DNA of 64,000 nucleotides. It comes from Vicinamibacteria bacterium. GTDB lineage: Bacteria; Acidobacteriota; Vicinamibacteria; Marinacidobacterales; Marinacidobacteraceae. Made by a program: the position numbers and the translations under genes. Under the pieces are notes generated by a model that worked only from the letters and a program-made list of their open reading frames with translations, searched no databases and was not told the origin of the DNA. How positions within the stretch are numbered: the first letter of the stretch is position 1; the number at the start of each line of letters is the position of its first letter. The stretch is taken from positions 896,001-960,000 of the forward strand of contig OZ219816.1 of assembly GCA_964291235.2 (NCBI GenBank), written 5' to 3'. Below, piece after piece: positions 58,280 to 64,000 of the stretch.

Positions 58280-59179
58280 CTATCTGCGGGTGGACCAGCC
58301 GGCTTCCACGCTGAAGAGGACGAAGAGCGGACGTACGGAGACTTCGACCGACTCCGTGCCGAGATCAACCCACTGGCGGCCAGCGTCCGGGACGTCGAAC
58401 TCGCCAGCCACGTCCCAGCTTGCCGCGGTTTGGCGCGTTCGGCCGAGCAGCACGCCAACCCGCGGCCGAACGAAGAACCGCCCGCTCCCCACCGTGATTC
58501 CCGCGGACCCCGCTACCACGAACGAGGACCGACCAGTCTGCTCTTGCTGGAGCGCAATACGGTTCGAAAGACTCTGCTGAAGACGCGGTTCGACTTCGGC
58601 CGCGTAGAAATCGGTAAGCAGGATCTCCTCCCGCCGGCTCGCGTCCACGGTCGGAAATCGGAGATAGCCGCCCCCGAATCCAATAAAGAGTTGGGCGCCG
58701 CCGGTCGTGATCGGGAAGCGAAAGATGCCCTGGGCGATCAGTAGATCCTCGGGTTCTCCACCCGGCGCCAGCCCCCGTAACGGGTCGAGAGCTGACTCCT
58801 GGATCAGACTGCCGGGTTGGAATGCGCCGGTCGGGATCCGTAAGTACTGCGTCTCGAAGCCCCAGCGCCCACGCATCGCGCGGAAGCCGGCTCCCCACGC
58901 CGCCTCCCGGTTGGACCGCGACGCCTCCGTGAGAAACGTCAACTCATAGGGAGCCGGGGCGTCCAGAACCGTCCCGATCCAGGCCACTTCGCCGTTGGCC
59001 GGGACGGTGGCAAGCCCTCCCCGCGCAAACACCTCGAAATCCCACGCCGGACGCGTTCCCGGTGCGACCCCCTCGGCAGTGAGAGATTCGTCCCCACGTC
59101 GGTCCTTCCGCTCGGGGGCCATTCCGAGCGCCAAGGAGGAAACCCCGAGGAACGCGGAGAGGAGCAGTACGAAGTGCAT
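58280..59179 (-). CDS. Putative outer-membrane beta-barrel protein, divergent paralog 4
   Basis: Signal peptide; EVFARGGL, WGAGFR, WGFETQY, VRPRV, LFSVEAGW. Confidence 0.6.
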   Translation of the reverse strand: MHFVLLLSAFLGVSSLALGMAPERKDRRGDESLTAEGVAPGTRPAWDFEVFARGGLATVPANGEVAWIGTVLDAPAPYELTFLTEASRSNREAAWGAGFRAMRGRWGFETQYLRIPTGAFQPGSLIQESALDPLRGLAPGGEPEDLLIAQGIFRFPITTGGAQLFIGFGGGYLRFPTVDASRREEILLTDFYAAEVEPRLQQSLSNRIALQQEQTGRSSFVVAGSAGITVGSGRFFVRPRVGVLLGRTRQTAASWDVAGEFDVPDAGRQWVDLGTESVEVSVRPLFVLFSVEAGWSTRR

Positions 59180-59253
59180 GGGATCGCCTCCGGCCGGAGC
59201 CTTCGCATCCTAACGCCCGAAAACCCGCTTGGGCGAATGCGACGCCCAGCGTA

Positions 59254-59290
59254 CAAACAAAAGGCGCCGGCCCGTGAGGGCCGGCGCCTT
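59254..59290 (-). terminator. Rho-independent terminator of the TonB-dependent receptor gene
   Basis: AAGGCGCCGGCCC-4 nt-GGGCCGGCGCCTT followed by TTGTTTG on the minus strand. Confidence 0.8.
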
Positions 59291-59310
59291 GAAGGTGCTT
59301 GAGGGGTCGC

Positions 59311-62300
59311 CTAGAAGCGGAGGGTCCCCCGGAGGAGCATGGTACGGGCGTTCTGCCGGCTCCGGAGCTCCAGGAAGGCGGCCTTCCACGTCCGGTTCGC
59401 GCCGCTATACGTGAACTGGTTGTGGTTTGCCGCGTCGAGCAGGTTGAACGCCTGGGCTTGGATCTCGAACTGGGCGGGGCCGAGATCGAGGATCTTGCCG
59501 AGCGATAGGCCCACCGTGTGGACGGTCGGCGCCGCCACCTGAAGTTCACCCCGGTCCGCGCCGACGATGCGGTAGCGCGTCGCCAGCGGGTTCGAGAAGT
59601 CGTTGTTGGCGCTGCCCGGGCCGTACTGGGTGACCTGCGGGTCATCGGCGCTGAGGCGGTTGATCGGCGGTCCGGACCACGGCCCGGCATTCGCCGTGTA
59701 GCTCACCGCCAGGGTCACGTCGTATGGCATCAGGTAACTCATGCCGCCCCGGACCGAGAACTGTCGCCAGGTCGGCGCGTAGGACAGCGCGCTGGAGTCA
59801 CGCAGCGTGTCGTGCTCGTTGTTGCCGCGCGGCATGTAGAGCGCCTTGCTGGAGTTGAACTTCTCCGGCTGGATGAAGTACGCCGGATCGGTCGGGTTCC
59901 AGTCGCCGGCGAAGCCCTGCCACTGCCGGCTGATGTTCAGCGTGGCCGACATCCGCTCGGTGCGGCGGGTGGTGGTGATCTCGAGGGCGGTGTACACCAG
60001 CTTGCTCCAACTGTTGTTGGTCTGCTGCATGATGTCGCCGTACCCGACGTCCACCGCGCCGTACTGGAACTGGCCCAGCGGCGTGGGCGCGGGCGAGGAG
60101 GACGGGTAGAACCCGTTCTGCTCGAGCAGCGCGTAGTTGTTCGTGTAGCGGCGGTGCACCAGCGCCACGTCCATGGCGAACTGGCCCTGGAACTGGCGGC
60201 GCAGGCCGACGATCGCCTCGTCCACGAAGGGCTGGCCGATATCCGTGTCGAACAGGTATTCCCGGGGGATGCCCTCGGAAGGCGGTGTATAGCGTGAGAA
60301 GTCCGCCACGCCGTCTCCATCATGATCCCACTCTCTGTAGCTGCCGACCGACGATGCCCCGTGGACCCGGGTGATGTTGTCCCGCCCGTTCATCTGCTCG
60401 TGGACCCGGCCGATATTGCCTCGCAGGATGTTGCGGCCGTCCTCGGTGAGCTGGTACGCAAACCCGGCGCGCGGGCCGAGCGCCAGCGTGTTCATCCGGT
60501 CAAAGTTCTGGATGTTGTCGTAGCGCTTCACGAAGTCGGCGCGGACGCCGAGGTTCAGGGTGAGGCGCTCCACCGGCTTCCAGGAATCCTGGAGATAGAC
60601 ACCGATGTCGCTGTCCTGCGCGTCGATGGTCTTGAGGGTATCGATGGGACCGCTGGCATCCCCGGTACGGCTGCGCGTGAACCAACGCGTGCCGACTGCC
60701 ATCGTGGGATCGGTGGTCGGGTTTCCGTTCGCGTCCACGATCGTGTGGTTTTCCGAATTCCAGCCCGTCTCGGTCGCATAGATCGTAGTGCTCGGGTAGG
60801 TGTTCCACGGAGCGGCGTAAACGCCGAAGCCGATTTCGTGCGAGCCGCCGGCGTTGTCCAGGTAATGCGTCATGTCGGCGCGCAGGAGGGCCAGACGGGC
60901 CGGGCGATCCGAGCCGCCCCCGGTGCCGAGCGCGGCGATGCGGCCGCCACCGCTGGTCGTGCCGGAGTCATTCACCGAGTACCCGGCCTCGATCGTGATG
61001 AAAACCGGGAGGCTGTCCAACTGTGGCTGGATCTCGCGCGGCACCTGGGATGCCTTGTCGTTGTACGAGAACGTGAACTGCCCGGTCGTGGAGGCGCCGA
61101 ACACCGACGTCAGCTTGGCGCCATAGAGGTTGCCGCCGGTCTGCACGGTGAAGCGCGGCGCGAGGTCGTACTCGCGGTTCGAGGTGTTCTCGGTGGTGTC
61201 GCGCTGGAAATAGACGTTCAGTTCATGGCTGCCGCTCAATTGCGCACTCACCTTGGCGTAGGGCTGATGGCTCCGAGTCGTGTTCGTGAACTCGCTATAC
61301 ACGGGCGTGCTGCCGAGTCCGCCGCCGATCGGGATTCCGGACAGGTTCGTCAGCCGCTCGATGTCGGTGGAGCCCCGGCTGATCCGGGCCGCCAAGTCGG
61401 CGTACCGGTAGGCCGCAAAGAACCAGGCCTTGTCGCGCATGATCGGGCCGCCGAGCGAAAAGTCGGACTGCCGGACCTGGTGGGCGGTCGGGGTGCCGGC
61501 CGCCGCATCGCGGCCCTCGGGCGGGTCGTACACGCCGAGCGCCTGGAAGTTCGCCTTCTCCGACGCAAACGGGTTGAACCCGCTCGGAAGCTCGTTGTCC
61601 CCAAAGAAGCCGCCGGAACCGGCCTCGTCGCCGGTGCCCCAGTCGAAGTCCTGGAGGTCGTAGGCCGCCGACCCGGTGATGTCGTTACCGCCGCTCCGGG
61701 TTACCACGTTGATGATCAGACCGGTCCCCATCGGGTCCTTGGCCTCGGCGCCGCCGGTCTTCACCGACATGTCCTGCATCATGTCGGCGTTCATTCCGAC
61801 ATAAGTGACCTGCGAATCGGTGTAGCCGGCCGCCGCCATGCCCTCGAGCTGGATCACGTGGGCGAAGTGCTCGGTCGCGTGACCGAAATACACCATGCGC
61901 CCCGACCCATCGTCGAAGGGACGGGCGTTGACGCCCGGGGTCATCTCGAGGAAGTCGCTCCAGTTGCCGCGGGCCTGGATGGGCAGGTCGCGCTGGAGGT
62001 CGCCCTCGATCGTCAGGATGTTTCCTGGGCGCGAGATTTCGAGCATCGGGGTCTCGGCGGTGACCGTGACCGTCTCCTGGACGGTGCTGATCGACATCGC
62101 CGGGTCCACCCCGATGTTCGTGCTGGCGCGCACGAGGATTCCTTCTTGCCGGTAGGTCGCAAAACCGGAAAGCGAGGCTTCCACGGTGTAATCGCCCACT
62201 GGCAGGTTGAGCAGCCGATAGCCGCCCTGACCGTCCGTCACCGTGGTGGCGGGGCTGATGAGCGCCGGGCTCATCGCGGTGACCGTGACTCCTGGAAGCA

Positions 62301-62418
62301 CGGCGCCCGAGTCATCGGTGACCGTGCCGCGAATACTGGAGTCGCCGCCCTGTCCGAACGCGATGGCCGGAAGGACGAGGGACGCCGCGAGAAGCAGCGC
62401 GAAAGTTGACTTCCGCAT
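59311..62418 (-). CDS. TonB-dependent receptor with N-terminal carboxypeptidase regulatory-like domain (Oar-like)
   Basis: Signal peptide; GTVTDDSGAVLPGVTVT, ETVTVTAE, INVVTRSG.N, YLQDSWK...LTLNLGVR, C-terminal F. Confidence 0.9.
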   Translation of the reverse strand: MRKSTFALLLAASLVLPAIAFGQGGDSSIRGTVTDDSGAVLPGVTVTAMSPALISPATTVTDGQGGYRLLNLPVGDYTVEASLSGFATYRQEGILVRASTNIGVDPAMSISTVQETVTVTAETPMLEISRPGNILTIEGDLQRDLPIQARGNWSDFLEMTPGVNARPFDDGSGRMVYFGHATEHFAHVIQLEGMAAAGYTDSQVTYVGMNADMMQDMSVKTGGAEAKDPMGTGLIINVVTRSGGNDITGSAAYDLQDFDWGTGDEAGSGGFFGDNELPSGFNPFASEKANFQALGVYDPPEGRDAAAGTPTAHQVRQSDFSLGGPIMRDKAWFFAAYRYADLAARISRGSTDIERLTNLSGIPIGGGLGSTPVYSEFTNTTRSHQPYAKVSAQLSGSHELNVYFQRDTTENTSNREYDLAPRFTVQTGGNLYGAKLTSVFGASTTGQFTFSYNDKASQVPREIQPQLDSLPVFITIEAGYSVNDSGTTSGGGRIAALGTGGGSDRPARLALLRADMTHYLDNAGGSHEIGFGVYAAPWNTYPSTTIYATETGWNSENHTIVDANGNPTTDPTMAVGTRWFTRSRTGDASGPIDTLKTIDAQDSDIGVYLQDSWKPVERLTLNLGVRADFVKRYDNIQNFDRMNTLALGPRAGFAYQLTEDGRNILRGNIGRVHEQMNGRDNITRVHGASSVGSYREWDHDGDGVADFSRYTPPSEGIPREYLFDTDIGQPFVDEAIVGLRRQFQGQFAMDVALVHRRYTNNYALLEQNGFYPSSSPAPTPLGQFQYGAVDVGYGDIMQQTNNSWSKLVYTALEITTTRRTERMSATLNISRQWQGFAGDWNPTDPAYFIQPEKFNSSKALYMPRGNNEHDTLRDSSALSYAPTWRQFSVRGGMSYLMPYDVTLAVSYTANAGPWSGPPINRLSADDPQVTQYGPGSANNDFSNPLATRYRIVGADRGELQVAAPTVHTVGLSLGKILDLGPAQFEIQAQAFNLLDAANHNQFTYSGANRTWKAAFLELRSRQNARTMLLRGTLRF

Positions 62419-62503
62419 GGTTCCTCCTCTGCGAGGTGTCTGAGATTTCTTGGGACGCGGACCGACCGGTATCGCTGCCGCGAGGTTGGTAGCGCGAAAA
62501 TAG

Positions 62504-62518
62504 GCAACGATTATGCCA
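62504..62518 (-). promoter_or_regulatory. Sigma-54 (-24/-12) promoter candidate for the TonB-dependent receptor
   Basis: TGGCAT-AATCG-TTGC with exact GG-N10-GC spacing, ~85 nt before the ATG. Confidence 0.65.
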
Positions 62519-62664
62519 TGCCTGTGCGCAGGAACGAACACCTTCTCCAAGGATTCGGTTTTTCTTCCATTTACGTTCCCACGGGAACTCTCCCGAACGA
62601 TTCCGGTGTCCAACGAACCGAACGGCACGGTTGGAATCTTGGAGCGGCGATGCGGCGGGATGCC

Positions 62665-64000
62665 CTAGCGGCGCCCTGGTGAGACCCCCGCCCGGAGGGT
62701 GGCGAGCAGCTCCTGCACTTCCGGCTGCTCCGGGTTCAGGCGTAGCGACTGCTCGAGGAAGGGAATCGCCCGCCCCCCGTTCCCGCCCGCGGCGAGTGAC
62801 CAGGAAAGCGCGTTCAGGAGCGCCGGGTCCGGCGCCTGCAGCGGCAGGGAACGTTCGTAGAGTTCCACGGCGCGCGCGTGGTTGCCCGACTCCCGGTGGG
62901 CGTCTCCCAGCACTCGCAGCACCATGGCGTCTTCCGGCGCCTGAGCGAGTGCGGGCTCCAGCAGGCGGACCGCGGCCCGGGGTTCCCCGTCGTCGAGCGC
63001 AAATCTTCCGAGCGCGAGCCGCACCCGCCCGAGATTCGGGTTCTCGCCGAGCGCCGACTCGAACGTCGCGCGAGCGCGCTCGAGGTTCCCGGCGCGCAGC
63101 CACTGTTCCCCAAGAGCCGCGGACACGGCTCCGGGGGATTCATCGGGAGAGTCGCTGAGCCCCCACGGGACCGCGACGCGGCTCCGGGCGTTCAGGTCGA
63201 AAACCATCGACCGGGGTTCCGCGCCCACGTCCACCGAAAGCACGTAGCGGCCGGACTCCCACGCGGTCGTCGCCGGTTGCCAGACGGCGAGTCCGTCGCC
63301 GACCGGAACCTCCTCCTCGAGGAGGGGCTCCTGGGCTTGTCCCGAATCGTCGGCGGCGCTCCAGGGAGTCACCCGGAAGACCAGCAGGTCGTGTCCCGGC
63401 GCCGATGCGATCGCCCGGATCGGGTTTCCAGCCGCCACGACACCGCGTCCGTTGGGAACGAGCTGGGAAACGCCCGCCAGCCACGCGCGCACCCCGGGGC
63501 TCGGAACGGATTGGGGCGGGGCGTGGAGGAGCCAGGGCCGGGAGAACGAGGAGCCGGTTCGGGGAACGCGGAGGCCGTCCTCGAAGACGGTGTATTCGGT
63601 GCGGGCGTCGTTCTTGAGGATTACCCGGAAACGGAAGTCCCCGGGGATCAGGGGAAATGTGCCCCGGTAGGTGAAGGGACGGGCGCCCACCTCCTGAAGC
63701 TGGGTTCCGGTCAGGCGCAGGAAAGGGGTCACGACGAAATCGTGGATGACGTCGCCGTCCGGAGTGGTGACCTCTCCCGTGACTTCGAACCGGGTGAAGT
63801 AGTCGGTTCCCCGTTCCTCCCGGGCGAGCGTGAAGTGCTGCGGCTCGATCTCTATTGCGTAGTGCACGAAGGAGGAGCCGGGTTCGGATCCGGGGAGCAC
63901 TCGCGCGAGTCCAGCGCTCGGCACGAAGTTGAAGAGGTACTCGCTTTCCACCAGTCCCCGGCCCGCTTCTGCCCCGCTGACCCAGTTGGTGTCCAGCAGG
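62665..64000 (-). CDS. TPR-containing protein, probably the C-terminal part of a GWxTD-domain protein; 5' end outside window
   Basis: Frame open to window end; beta-rich region (VESEYLFNF, FVHYAIE, PLIPG) then several TPRs ending SLRLNPEQP; the GWxTD motif itself is not in the window. Confidence 0.65.
   Translation of the reverse strand, partial: LLDTNWVSGAEAGRGLVESEYLFNFVPSAGLARVLPGSEPGSSFVHYAIEIEPQHFTLAREERGTDYFTRFEVTGEVTTPDGDVIHDFVVTPFLRLTGTQLQEVGARPFTYRGTFPLIPGDFRFRVILKNDARTEYTVFEDGLRVPRTGSSFSRPWLLHAPPQSVPSPGVRAWLAGVSQLVPNGRGVVAAGNPIRAIASAPGHDLLVFRVTPWSAADDSGQAQEPLLEEEVPVGDGLAVWQPATTAWESGRYVLSVDVGAEPRSMVFDLNARSRVAVPWGLSDSPDESPGAVSAALGEQWLRAGNLERARATFESALGENPNLGRVRLALGRFALDDGEPRAAVRLLEPALAQAPEDAMVLRVLGDAHRESGNHARAVELYERSLPLQAPDPALLNALSWSLAAGGNGGRAIPFLEQSLRLNPEQPEVQELLATLRAGVSPGRR

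Overview
High-GC bacterial chromosomal segment. The carboxypeptidase-regulatory-domain TonB-dependent receptor, GWxTD-like TPR protein and DUF4097 gene suggest Acidobacteriota (inference). The core stretch (~16.4-41.4 kb) carries rpsT, an NCS2 permease, a ten-gene Mrp Na+/H+ antiporter operon, murJ, xerD, tsaC, a DnaJ-class chaperone, lon, lemA-TPM-TPM and PBP1A. It is flanked by accessory regions rich in exported hydrolases, two type II toxin-antitoxin pairs, a tandem array of diversified lipoproteins (DUF3472-like, one frameshifted, plus a metzincin sharing their leader), a cluster of outer-membrane beta-barrel paralogs, an octaheme cytochrome-TPR gene and several gene relics. The most informative object is an apparently intact IS110 element (12801-14336, minus strand). 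Its non-coding left end can be decoded by eye as a bridge RNA: all four guide segments match the element's own ends and flanks around a CC core, and the circular junction creates a -35/17 nt/-10 promoter. It sits inside a non-autonomous TIR element carrying REP-like palindromes, and an uninterrupted inverted relative of that element lies at 52642-53424. No CRISPR array, rRNA or tRNA was seen. All family assignments come from motif recognition by eye, not database searches.
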